From Candidatus Saccharimonadota bacterium (GTDB taxonomy: Bacteria; Patescibacteriota; Gracilibacteria; BD1-5; UBA2023), in contig BAAFHK010000002.1 in assembly GCA_042852035.1 (NCBI GenBank), positions 257,823 through 289,822 of the forward strand: DNA of 32,000 nt, written 5' to 3'. Below are positions 9,927-20,280 of this stretch, piece after piece. How positions within the stretch are numbered: the stretch's first letter is position 1; each line of letters starts with the position of its first letter. Below the pieces are notes generated by a model. The model was not told the DNA's origin. It searched no databases and worked only from the letters and a program-made list of their open reading frames with translations. Made by a program: the position numbers and the translations under genes.

Positions 9927-10745
9927 TTACTCAGAAAGCTCAGGATAGCTTGCATTTCTTGGATGACTGAGAAACCGAGGAGGGTAAGTCCAACGCCATT
10001 TCTTGCTATCAATAAGTCCGTCAACACCAAAAATATTGTAGTATCATAAATTAAGTAGTACTTTTCATACTATATCTTTTCTTTTTATGAAGTGACTTTT
10101 TGAATCATCATTGAGGCAAATTTTAAAACACGATCGAGAATCAGCAGAATTATTTCTGTTATCACCCATAACCCAATAATATCATTCTGGAATAGTAAAT
10201 TCATTTGTTTTTACGTTTTCAGGGAGCCGAGTCTGTCAAGCGTTTGCACTTGAGAGATATTTTTCAGAAATTTTAATAAACTTTTCACTGTTTGGAGTCT
10301 TAATAAGTACTTCACCATCCTCAAATCGAATAGTATCACCAGGCGCTGCAATAACACGTTTAATGTAATATTCTTTCTTTCTATCGACATGAGGAGTAAT
10401 GACGACTACATCACCACGCACAGGATCTCCAACATGTATCGGGAGAATTGATAAAAAGTTATATAGTAATTTCTCGACAGTTCCTGCGCTCGTTGATGGC
10501 TCTTTATAGACAACAGGGGTATTAAGATATGAGAATTTATCAACTATGATATATTCTTTATCATGATAACTTGTTTCCATCGAGCTTCCATTAATTCTGA
10601 AAGGCGTTACGACAAATACGCGAATAGTAATTACGATAAGAAATATAATGACTAGATCACGCAAAAATGCTATAAATTCTTGGAGCGTCTTATTTGAATC
10701 TTCTAAGCTTTCGGTCTCAAAGTGAGATTCTTGTTTATCTCTCAT
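9927..10745 (-). CDS. lepB: Signal peptidase I
   Basis: ATG 10745 to TAA 9927-9929 (272 aa). An N-terminal TM helix, then INGSSMET (catalytic Ser box), YIKRVIAAPGDTI and YYWVMGDNRNNSADSR. The track ORF 10236-10745 continues through TGA. Confidence 0.88.
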
Positions 10746-10777
10746 ACGTAAATTTTATGAATAAAAGAAGGTTTATA

Positions 10778-13537
10778 TTATTTACCGTGACACTGTTTAA
10801 ACTTTTTTCAACTTCAACAAGGGCAGGGATCGTTTCTTCAAACTCAAGCGTATTTTGCTTTTTCAGAATCATTTTCTCATGTAACTTTCATTATACGTAT
10901 ATCAGGATCTGCTTCAGTGAGCGGTTCTGGCGTATACTCTGAATGTCACATGTGTCCGGCTCTTGCTGTCATTGATTGATCAAATCCCTCTTGAGCACTG
11001 TCAGTATATTTCTCGAGAAGTGATGCCTCAAGGTTTACTTCATCGATTGATTCACGAGGCCTTGCTGTGAGAAGTCATTTTATGACACGAACTCCAATTG
11101 TATCAATAAGAATTACAAATTTTTCATAGGCCTTTTCTTTATATATAATGAGAGGATTTTTCTGTGCATATCACTCAAAGGCAACTTCTTCCCTGAGGTG
11201 GGCCATACTGTCGATATGATTCATCCAGAGCTCATCGATAGAGGCAAGCGTAAGTCTTCTTTCAAATTCTGCAAATTCTTCTTCTGTTCCAGTGTTTCGA
11301 AGTGATTCAATTTTTCCAGAGAGAAGAGAAAATACTCGACTCTTCGCTTCATCGAAGCTTCAAGCCTGAGCAAGATCGTCAGCATGAATTACTTCAGCTT
11401 CAGCAAATTCATTCACAAACTCCATAATTTGGACTCAGATTTCAGAAGAGTATTCCTTTTCTTCTCCTTGAGCCATATCTATAATTCTAGAAATTTCCCT
11501 TTGAAGCATCTCAAGAATTTCACTGTGAATGTCGTTTCATGCAAGAATTCTTCCTCTTCGTGAGTAGATGGCAAGTCGATGATGATTGAGTACATCATCG
11601 TACTCAAGAATATGTTTTCTTATATCAAAATTTCTTCATTCAACTTGTTTTTGAATCGTGGTAATATTCCTCATGAGCTGCTTACTCTCAATAAGTGGAT
11701 CACTCTCAGGATGGGATTCAAGATTCGCTAGGATAGCAAAAAGTCGATTTCATCCAAATATTCGCATGATATCATCTTGAGGAGATAGCATGAATTGGGA
11801 GAGTCCTGGATCGCCCTGTCGTCATGATCGCCCTCTGAGCTGGTTATCGATACGTCGTGTTTCGTGTTTTTCTGTTCCAATGACATAAAGTCAACCAAGT
11901 GGGTACTCTTGCATTCCTGCAGCTCATTCGAGCTTAACTGATCCTGTAAGGGTACGGACACGTTCATCGATTTTGATATCTGTACCTCGTCATGCCATAT
12001 TAGTTGCTATAGTCACTGCTCAATATTGACCAGCAGAAGCTATTATATCAGCTTCACGTGCATCTTGTTTTGCATTGAGTACTTGATGTGGAACTCATTC
12101 TTTCTCAAGAAGGTTAGAGAGATACTCACTTTTTGCTACCGAAACTGTTCCTACAAGTATAGGCTGACCTTTTTCGTGAAGGGCTTTAATTACTCGTACA
12201 AGATAGGCATACTTTCCTTTCTCTGTTCGAAAGAGGAGATCTCAACGATCGCTTCGTTTAATCGGTTTATTGGTTGGAATTTGTATCACCTCAAGATGAT
12301 ATATCTTGTAAAACTCTTCTTCTTCAGTTTTTGCAGTACCAGTCATACCTGCAAGTTTTGGATACAGTCTGAAATAATTCTGAAATGTTACGGAAGCAAG
12401 TGTGCGAGACTCTTGTTGTATGGTCACCGATTCTTTTGCTTCAATTGCTTGATGAAGTCCATCAGAGTATCGTCTTCCTGGAAGGACTCGACCTGTATGC
12501 TCGTCAATAATAAGAATCTCATCATTTCGAACGAGATAATCGATATCCTTTTTATAGACACTAGCTGCCTTCAGAGCATTCTCTACATGATGAAGATCAT
12601 TATAATGTTGGCTTACGTAGATATTATCAACTCACAGAAACTCCTCAATCTTTCGTATGCCTTCTTCGGTAAGTGTTGCAGTTTTTTGTTTCTCATCAAT
12701 TTTATAGTGAATTCCCTCATCGAGTGAGCGTGCAAGAGCTGCAAATCGTGGATACTTACTCGTAGGTTCAGCATCAGGAGCGGAGATAATGAGCGGAGTT
12801 CTTGCTTCATCAATGAGTATGGAGTCAACTTCATCAACGATTGCAAACCAACGCTTTCTCATAACCTGCCTATCATCTCGAACAGCCATATTGTCACGAA
12901 GGTAGTCGAATCAAAGCTCATTATTGGTTGCATATACTATATCTGCACTATATGCAGCTTTTTTTTGCTCAAATGATTGTCAATGGGTGATGACATCAAC
13001 CTTGAGACCAAGAGTATTGTAAATTATTCACATCTCAAGAGCATCACGTCGAGCAAGGTAGTCATTAACCGTAACAATGTGTACTCAATATCCAGTAAGA
13101 GCATTTAGGTATGCAGGGAGGGTAGCAACAAGCGTCTTTCCTTCTCATGTTCGCATTTCGGCAATATTACCATCATGAAGCGTTAAGGCTCAGATAATCT
13201 GAACATCATAAGGTATCATATTCCATGTTATGGATTTTTCTCATCAGATACTGAATTCTTGTCCATAAATCAATTCACAAGCTCTTCTATGGAGAGCAAA
13301 TGCTTCATGCTTTATTGATTCGAGTATTTCACGGATTTTAATTTTATCCTCATCTTTTTCTATATCGAGTCATTGAAATCGAGATTGAAATTCATGAGTT
13401 TTTGCCTGAACTTGATCTATAGAGCTGATTTCTTCACGAAACTTTGTTTCAATAGATTTAATAATTTCAAGTTCTTTCTGATATTGTTTGAGTTTTTTTG
13501 TACTTGGGTCACCAAAGAGGAGAGATAAAAGCCACAT
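10778..13537 (-). CDS. secA: Preprotein translocase ATPase SecA
   Basis: ATG 13537 to TAA 10778-10780 (919 aa). Motifs: [96 protein letters not shown], and the C-terminal zinc motif [15 protein letters not shown]. Confidence 0.95.
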
Positions 13538-13569
13538 GTTCTAGAAGGAGTAAATAAAAAATCCCGCAA

Positions 13570-13597
13570 ATTATACGAAAAAAGTCTCTCTTATCAA
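13570..13597 (-). promoter_or_regulatory. Candidate sigma70-type promoter of secA
   Basis: The minus strand reads TTGATA (13592-13597), a 16-nt spacer, then TATAAT (13570-13575), about 32 nt upstream of the secA ATG. Confidence 0.4.
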
Positions 13598-13652
13598 ATC
13601 TCGTGTGGTGAAATGAAAGTGAAGGAGTTGACTATTTTTATATTAATTCATT

Positions 13653-13675
13653 AAAAATCCCCTTTCGGGGGGATT
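13653..13675 (-). terminator. Intrinsic terminator downstream of tig
   Basis: atcccc-tttc-ggggat stem-loop immediately after the tig TAA, followed by a T-run on the minus strand. Confidence 0.65.
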
Positions 13676-13677
13676 AA

Positions 13678-15009
13678 TTATTCAAAGAATGAATCAACTA
13701 CTTTTCTGTAGGCAAGACGATTTTTTATATCTTCGTAGTAAGTGTCACCTGGAACAAGTTTTGCACGAAGTCTATCAATAACTTCATTTGATCCGTATTG
13801 AGAAATAACCTTTTCAACTTCTTCTTTGATTTCATTTTCTGATGGCTCGATCGCTTTAAGTTCACGAATTTTTCTAAGAAGAAGTTCTGCCTTTACTCTT
13901 CGGAGAGCTTCAGGTTTTACTACCTCATCCTTGTACATTTCTGCTGACTTCTTGAGGTGATCAAGGTATTGCTTCATCTCATACCCTTGCTGCATGAGGT
14001 TTTCAGATTGTTCTCGATATACTTGTTCAATTTCAGCAGAAAGAAGAGAAGGTCCTACTTCAAACTCTGAAGCTTCAAGAATCTCCTTCATAAGAAGATC
14101 TTCATCCTTTGCTCGTGCATCGTATTCATGTTTAGCTCGAATCTCTTTTGAAAGGATTTCACGAAAGCCAGTAAGATCAGTTTTTACACCACGAAGCTGT
14201 TCGATAAATTCTTCATTAAATTCTGGTGTGTGAGGTTTTTCTACCTTTTCGATATTAACGACGAAATGTACTTTTCTACCTTTGAACTCTTCTGAATGAT
14301 AATCTTTAGGGAAAACGATATCAAAAGAAACTTCATCGTGAGATTTTGCTCCAATAAGCTTTTCTTCAAACCCGGGAATAAATGACCCAGAACCAATTAC
14401 AAGAGGATAATTTGGAACTCGAGTTTCATGGATTGCATCGCCATCCTTTCCATCATACCCTTGAGCAGATATAGTAACCCTATCACCATTTTCAACCTGT
14501 TCATGAGAAGTATCAGCTCCATCATGAGCGTGGTGTCCAGCTTCATGGAAGTGTGTAAATTGAGTCTTAATACGATTGAGCTCATTTTCTACTTCAGTTT
14601 TTTCATCAAATTCTACTGGAGACTTTTTCACTTTTATCTTTCCAAGTTTCTTTTCATCGATAGTAATCTCAGGAAATACTTCAACTTCAAGAGTAAGCTC
14701 AATTGGGTTCGTACTTTTTACCTCGGTAATCTGGCCTTGAGCTACGGGGATAATATTTTCTTTTTTGAGTACTTTTGGATAAATTTTCCCTACAACCTGA
14801 TCAAGAGCTTGCTGCTCGATGGCTGCTTCTCCATATTCTCGAACGATAACACTTTCAGGAATTGCAGAGCCTTGCTTAAAGCCCTTTACCTTTCCTTTGG
14901 TGCGAATTTCTTCGATAACTGCTTTCTTTGCTTTTTCAAATTCGACTCCAGTTTCTTTAATGTTGATAATGAGTGTATAACTATTCTTGCGTGTAACAGT
15001 AGATTGCAT
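13678..15009 (-). CDS. tig: Trigger factor
   Basis: Uninterrupted 443-aa ORF from ATG 15009 to TAA 13678-13680. GFKQGSAIPESV (the ribosome-binding-domain GFRxGxxP signature) and an FKBP-type region, VIGSGSFIPGFEEKLIGAK. It contains no in-frame TGA. Confidence 0.95.
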   Translation of the reverse strand: MQSTVTRKNSYTLIINIKETGVEFEKAKKAVIEEIRTKGKVKGFKQGSAIPESVIVREYGEAAIEQQALDQVVGKIYPKVLKKENIIPVAQGQITEVKSTNPIELTLEVEVFPEITIDEKKLGKIKVKKSPVEFDEKTEVENELNRIKTQFTHFHEAGHHAHDGADTSHEQVENGDRVTISAQGYDGKDGDAIHETRVPNYPLVIGSGSFIPGFEEKLIGAKSHDEVSFDIVFPKDYHSEEFKGRKVHFVVNIEKVEKPHTPEFNEEFIEQLRGVKTDLTGFREILSKEIRAKHEYDARAKDEDLLMKEILEASEFEVGPSLLSAEIEQVYREQSENLMQQGYEMKQYLDHLKKSAEMYKDEVVKPEALRRVKAELLLRKIRELKAIEPSENEIKEEVEKVISQYGSNEVIDRLRAKLVPGDTYYEDIKNRLAYRKVVDSFFE

Positions 15010-15029
15010 GATTTGAAATTAAAAATTTT

Positions 15030-15063
15030 AAAAAATCCCGAATAAAACGGGACAATTATATGG
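15030..15063 (-). promoter_or_regulatory. TATAAT box abutting a GC stem-loop plus U-tract in the tig 5' leader
   Basis: The minus strand reads ccaTATAATtg-tcccg-ttttatt-cggga-tttttt, ending about 20 nt before the tig ATG. No minus-strand gene lies upstream that it could terminate. Confidence 0.35.
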
Positions 15064-15250
15064 AAAAGTATGAAAAAAACAAAAGAAAAACTTATACTCC
15101 AACAACTTTTCTATATATTCTACATAGTACTCTAGACGACAGTTCTTCTTATGTGCAAATACTGAGAGGGGTTGATTTTTTTAGGGGGATACAATACTGA
15201 ATCAGGCTTTTATAAATTTACACTTCATTTATTTTCAATACAATTCTTTC

Positions 15251-17347
15251 ATGCAACTCTCTTTTCTTCTCTCTCTTTCTCGTGAGCTTCTCGATAGATC
15301 TCATAATCTAAAAAAATCGGATATTGAGACGCTTCGAGAAGTTATTAAGGAGCATAATCGACTCTATCATATTGAGGAACAACCGATTATTTCTGATACG
15401 GAATATGATATACTTTTTCATGCACTTGCGAGAGCTGAAGTTGATTATGATATGCTTGATGATGCAAGTCCAACTGCGAAGCTTGCAATCCTTGCAAGTG
15501 AACAGTTTCAGAAAGTGAAACATATCTATCCGATGATTTCACTCGATAACACTTATAACGTAGAAGAAGTGAGGGATTTTGAGAAAAGAATGAAAAATAT
15601 TCTCAAAGAAAAATCACCAAAACTATTTCCATATTACATACAACCAAAATATGATGGTCTTGGACTTGCGGTAATCTATAAATTCTGAAAGCTTAACCAG
15701 GCAATAACTCGTGGGAGTTGAGTGGAAGGCGAAGATGTAACTCTTACCGCTTTTGAGATATGAAATCTTCCGAAAATTATACCAAGCTTACAGTCGGTTG
15801 AACGAATGGAAATCCGCTGAGAAGTCATGATGAGTCGAACTGAATTCAATCGGGTAAATCATGAAAGAAGTGAGCAATCAGAAAAGCTTTTTGCAAATCC
15901 AAGAAACTGTGCTTCTGGTTCACTCCGTCAACTCGATCCTTTAGTTACTCGTTCAAGAAAGCTTCAGTTTTTTGCTTATAGTATCCCCCAGATAGAGCAG
16001 GGAATTGATGGCTCATTTGAAATAAATACCTATGAGCAAATGATGACACTTCTTTCTTCTTGGTGATTTGAAAGAGAGGATTTTCCCTTTACTTGTGCTC
16101 TTGGTATTGATGATCTTGCATCTATACTTGATCGAGAAACTATTCATCGCAAGGAGTATTTTGATTTTGATATTGATGGGATGGTTCTCAAACTTGATGA
16201 TATGACCCTCTGGGATGAGCTTGGTCGTACCGAACATCACCCGAGATATGCGATTGCCTATAAATTTCCCGCAAAGCAGGTCCGCACAAGGGTGCTTTCT
16301 ATAGAGCATTCTGTTGGACGCACAGGAACAATTACCCCCGTAGCAAATCTTGATCCTGTAGAGGTTACTGGTGTTATTGTGAGGCGAGCAACACTCCATA
16401 ATTATGATGAGCTTGAAAAGAAGTGAGTAAGAGAAGGGGATTATGTTTTTATAATGAGGGCGGGAGAGGTTATCCCAGAAGTAGTTTCTGTTCTTACTGA
16501 GCTTCGAAATGGAAGCGAAAAAGTCATAGAAATTCCAAAAACTTGTCCTATATGTTCCACACAAACACAACAAGATGAAGGTATGGTGGCAATTTATTGC
16601 CCAAATCCTCATTGTCCTGCAAAAATCCAAGGCCAGCTCGAGATGTTTGTAGGGAAGCAGGGGTTAAATATTGATGGTCTTTGAGTGAAACAAATAGAAC
16701 TTTTTCTTGAACTTGGTTGGATTACGGATTTTGTCTCGATTTTTCATCTTGCAAAATATCGAGAACATTTCTTTGAAATCGAAGGATATAAAGAAAAGTC
16801 TATCAACAACCTCCTTGATTCTATCGAAAAGTCTCGACATACTTCTCTCGATCGGGTTTTTGTGGCTCTTGGTATCCCACAAGTTGGAAAAAAAACAGGA
16901 AAAATCCTCGCAGAATATATTTTTTCCCTCAGAGGAGAATGAGAAAGTCTTATTTCAACTTTTCGGAAGGTAACCTATGAGGGGCTCGAGGCTCTCTATG
17001 ATATTGGACCCGAGACAGCAGAAAGTGTGGTGGTATTTATTGAAGAAAATGATATCCTTATTGAACGATTACTGCATGAGCTTGATATAATTATTCCAGA
17101 AAAAATAGAAAAAAAATGATGAGTTCTTGTAGGGAAGGCGTTTTGTGTGACTGGTTCTTTTGAGGCAATTTCACGAGATGATATTCATGAACTTATCGAA
17201 AAGAATGGTGGGGAAGTCCGCACATCTGTAACGTCCAAGCTTGATTATCTCATCGTCTGAGAAAATGCTGGATCAAAAAAAACCAAGGCGCAAAGTCTTG
17301 GAGTTGAATGTGTAAGCTTACAAGATTTTCTAACTATGTTAGCTTAG
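15251..17347 (+). CDS. ligA: NAD-dependent DNA ligase
   Basis: ATG 15251 to TAG 17345-17347 (698 aa). Adenylation motif [34 protein letters not shown], Zn finger [27 protein letters not shown], HhH region [10 protein letters not shown], and a C-terminal BRCT ([10 protein letters not shown]...[18 protein letters not shown]). The track fragments are all in one frame. Confidence 0.95.
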
Positions 17348-17872
17348 CTCATTTTGGAGGGATTCAGTTGAGTTGGATGTTTGAACTCTTACAATTCCAT
17401 AATTTTTCTCTAGAGCTTGTGTTTGAGCTCTAATTGCCAGAGAGAATCGCTCCATATTATTCATATCAGCAAACTGTAACATAACATCACGGATAAAAAC
17501 AGAGAAATCTTTAATTTTTTGTGCACGAGCACTTCATTCAATCTTTGTAAGTGCATCAGCATGTCTTTCGTAGGCCCGATTAATAAATGCTCGAAACATT
17601 TCAGGACTTTTAAAGACATCTTGTTTTATTCCATCAACGGATTCGAGAAAGTTTTTCTGAGCCTCAGGATTATTCTCGAATGCATCTATGACTCTTTGTG
17701 CAAACTCTTGCACTTTTCTTAGTGATTCGGGATTCATATTTGCTCATTCCTGTATGGAGTCATGAGTTATCCCAGTTTCGGGTGCTCATTCTTTAAAAAA
17801 TCTAGTTGGGTGACGTGTATGTGAGAGTGAAATTGTGAACATAAGAAAAATACTACCCTTACAGAGTAGCAT
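17339..17872 (-). CDS. Hypothetical protein (start uncertain: ATG 17872 or ATG 17737)
   Basis: TAA 17339-17341. The frame is open (TGA = Gly) upstream past 17872. The core MNPESLRKVQEFAQRVIDAFENNPEAQKNF...[24 protein letters not shown] has no motif I recognise. Its 3' end overlaps the ligA 3' end by 9 nt. Confidence 0.45.
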
Positions 17873-17924
17873 GGATTCTAAATATTGGCAAGGAATTTCT
17901 CTTGACGTGTTTTTATGAATATTT

Positions 17925-18257
17925 TTAATGACAACCTCCACCACAATCACCACAACCACCTGTTCCACATGAGTCACCATGTCACTCAGTATCGTCACCG
18001 AGAATAGAGACGAACATTGATTTGATTTCATCATATTCTGGAACTTCACCCTGAAATATCATATCTTTAAAGTCTATCGATTCCTCTTCGATAGCAAGTG
18101 CAGGATTTTCAGTGATTCCAAGTTCCATTTTATAGCTGCTATCATCAGTTTTTTCTACTGTTACTGCATCATCGAGTGAGAGTTCAGCGAGGGATTTGAG
18201 TACGAGGCTTTCAAGGTTCTCAAGATCAGCTCCAGTACCGACAAGTTTAATTTTCAT
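17925..18257 (-). CDS. Thioredoxin-fold protein of the MTH895/TM0996 (Thioredoxin_3-like) type, lacking CxxC, with a Cys/Gly-rich C-terminal tail
   Basis: ATG 18257 to TAA 17925-17927 (110 aa). MKIKLVGTGADLENLESLVLKSLAELSLDDAVTVEKTDD...ENPALAIEEE follows the pattern of small GTGCxxC thioredoxin-like proteins, but the Cys pair is replaced by A..E. The tail is GHGDSCGTGGCGDCGGGCH. Confidence 0.55.
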
Positions 18258-18306
18258 ATAAAAAAAGTTAGTATAAAAATGGTATTGATTTTTCTAAAAA
18301 TGCAAG

Positions 18307-18334
18307 AAAAATCCCGCAAGAGCGGGATTTTTTT
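18307..18334 (-). terminator. Intrinsic terminator downstream of rplY
   Basis: Perfect stem atcccgc (18311-18317) / gcgggat (18322-18328), with an A-run on one side and a T-run on the other. Confidence 0.7.
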
Positions 18335-18962
18335 ATTCTGCAGCTCAATCTTCTGTATTTTCAGTCTTTGCTGTTGCGACTCCTACATCTGCAACTGATT
18401 TTACTTCTGTTTCTTCTTTGTGCTCCTTCACGGCATGAACGAGTGCTATTGCATCTTCAGGGTTATTGAGGATGTGAAACTTCTTTGTATCCACAACAAG
18501 ATCAGAAACATGGAGCGCTTTTCCTATATGATCAAGTGGAGCTACATCAAGTTCAAATGCATCAATAACATCACTTGGAAGACACTTTACATCTACGGCT
18601 TCAAGAACTTGGTGAAGTTGTCCACCTCCAAGTACTGCTTGAGAGTTTCCAACAAGACGTACTGGAATTTTTACATGAACTTCCTTTTTCATATCAACTG
18701 TAAGGAAATCGACATGGAGCGCTTTTCCGGTAACAGGATGACGCTGAAGTTCGTGTACAAGAACCGGATAAGAATCTTTACCAACCTTGAGTGTAAAGAC
18801 ATGATTTTGTCCTACTTCACGGAAGAGTCGTGTAAAGTCTCCTACACTTACACTGACGCTCTTCGAAGGGACATCCTTACCGTATACGACTGCTGGAACA
18901 AGACCGTTTTCACGTGTTTCACGAGCAGTTTCGCTGCGGAGCTTTGCTTCGAGAGAATGCAT
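18333..18962 (-). CDS. rplY: 50S ribosomal protein L25 (long Ctc/general-stress form)
   Basis: ATG 18962 to TAA 18333-18335 (209 aa; the track ORF continues through one TGA near the end). LEAKLRSETARETRENGLVPAVVYGK...HPVTGKALHVDFL is typical of L25/Ctc. Confidence 0.88.
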
Positions 18963-19043
18963 ATTTAAAAAATTAGATAATGAATATTAAAAATCAAAAC
19001 AATGAAGATTTGAAATTCAACGCGCGGAGTATAGAAGAAAAAT

Positions 19044-19078
19044 AAAAAAATGCAAATCTTTCGATTCGCACTTTTTTC
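19044..19078 (-). terminator. Intrinsic terminator downstream of pilC
   Basis: Stem tgcaaatc (19051-19058) / gattcgca (19063-19070) with one mismatch, flanked by an A-run and a T-run. Confidence 0.5.
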
Positions 19079-19089
19079 TTGCTTTATTT

Positions 19090-20244
19090 TTAGCCTCAAG
19101 AAAGGGTTCCTGCAAGGTTCATGATTGGCTGAAATATACCTACGGCGATAAAACCAATTACTACCGCCATCACAGCAAGGATTATTGGTTCAATCATCTT
19201 TTGAATACTTCCAATAGCAATATCAACTTCTTCATCGTAGAAGTCTGCAATTTTGATAATTGTTTCTCCTACTTGAGCTGTTTCTTCACCTACTCGAAGC
19301 ATTGATACGAGAAGATCTGGAAAAAGAGGGTCGTCTTCAAGTGACTCTGCCATTTTCATACCATTTTTTACATCATTTCGTAGAAGGAGGAGGCGTTGGT
19401 GGTACACCTCGTTTCCTACGGCACTTGATACAATACGTATTGCTTCGATTACGGATACACCACTTGAAAGAAGGTTTGAGAAAACTCGAGCAAATCTTGA
19501 GAGTACTACTTTTCTTAGAAGCGCTCAAAATACAGGAGCATGGAGAACAAGGCTATCCCAACGGTATTTCCCAGATTTTGTTTTTTTCCATACTCAAAGT
19601 AACATATAGGCAACGCCGAGGGCAATTCCAACTACGAGCCAGTTTGCTTTAAAAAAGTCACTTGTTTTGATGATTAATTTTGTGGCGTCAGGGAGTTTTT
19701 CAGGGTCTCCAAAAAATCATGTTAGCACTGGAATAACTTTCACCATAAGAACGGTAACTATACCAGCCATACCAACTATAAGAAGTATTGGATAGGTCAT
19801 AGCACCTTTAATTTTTCTGGTGATTGAGTCAACTTTTTCTGTTTGGTCTGCAATTTGAAGCAGGGCCATATTGAGTTTACCGGTTCTTTCTCAGGCTTCG
19901 ATAATAGAAATTTCTGCATCAGAAAAACATCAGTAATAATCTGCAAGGGCTTCATGCATTGTTCTTCATCACTGGACCCGGTCTATCATAAAATTGTAGA
20001 ACTTTATCATATTCTTATCTTTTTCTTGTTTCTTAAGCGCAGAAAGGCTTTTTAAAACAGTAAGACTGGCATTTACCATTGTTGCCATGATTCGAAAAAA
20101 TATCACCTTTTGTCTGAGTTTAATCGTTGCTCATTTAAAGAGAAGATTTTGTAGATAGGAGAAATAGTTTTCCTGTTTTGTTTCCTCATGGGATTCTTGA
20201 ATATCAAGAATCACTAGATCGGATGTGGTGTTTTGAGTTGGCAT
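19090..20244 (-). CDS. pilC: GspF/PilC-family inner-membrane platform protein (type IV pilus or competence pseudopilus)
   Basis: ATG 20244 to TAA 19090-19092 (384 aa; the apparent stop at 19096 is a TGA Gly). Two GspF-type repeats are present: ...DAEISIIEAGERTGKLNMALLQIAD... and ...LLVSMLRVGEETAQVGETIIKIADFYDEEVD..., with three hydrophobic segments. Confidence 0.85.
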
Positions 20245-20280
20245 AGGATTCAAAAATAGAAGAGGTTTTTATAAATGATA

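Noticed and set aside
12026-12727. 233-aa plus-strand ORF in the supplied track
   Set aside because: It lies entirely antisense to secA, whose minus-strand frame carries unmistakable SecA motifs. The translation is Cys/Phe/Ile-rich low-complexity sequence typical of an AT-rich antisense frame.
14428-15045. 205-aa plus-strand ORF
   Set aside because: It is antisense to the uninterrupted trigger factor gene and has no recognisable motif.
15060-15221. Small plus-strand ORF (MEKYEKNKRKTYTPTTFLYILHS..., about 53 codons with one TGA read-through) in the tig-ligA divergent region
   Set aside because: It has no motif and no terminator, and it occupies the space where the divergent promoters must lie. 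It is most likely a chance ORF, though I cannot exclude a small protein.
16013-16630. 205-aa minus-strand ORF
   Set aside because: It is antisense to ligA, whose OB-fold and Zn-finger motifs read clearly on the plus strand.
18420-18968. 182-aa plus-strand ORF
   Set aside because: It is antisense to rplY (L25/Ctc).
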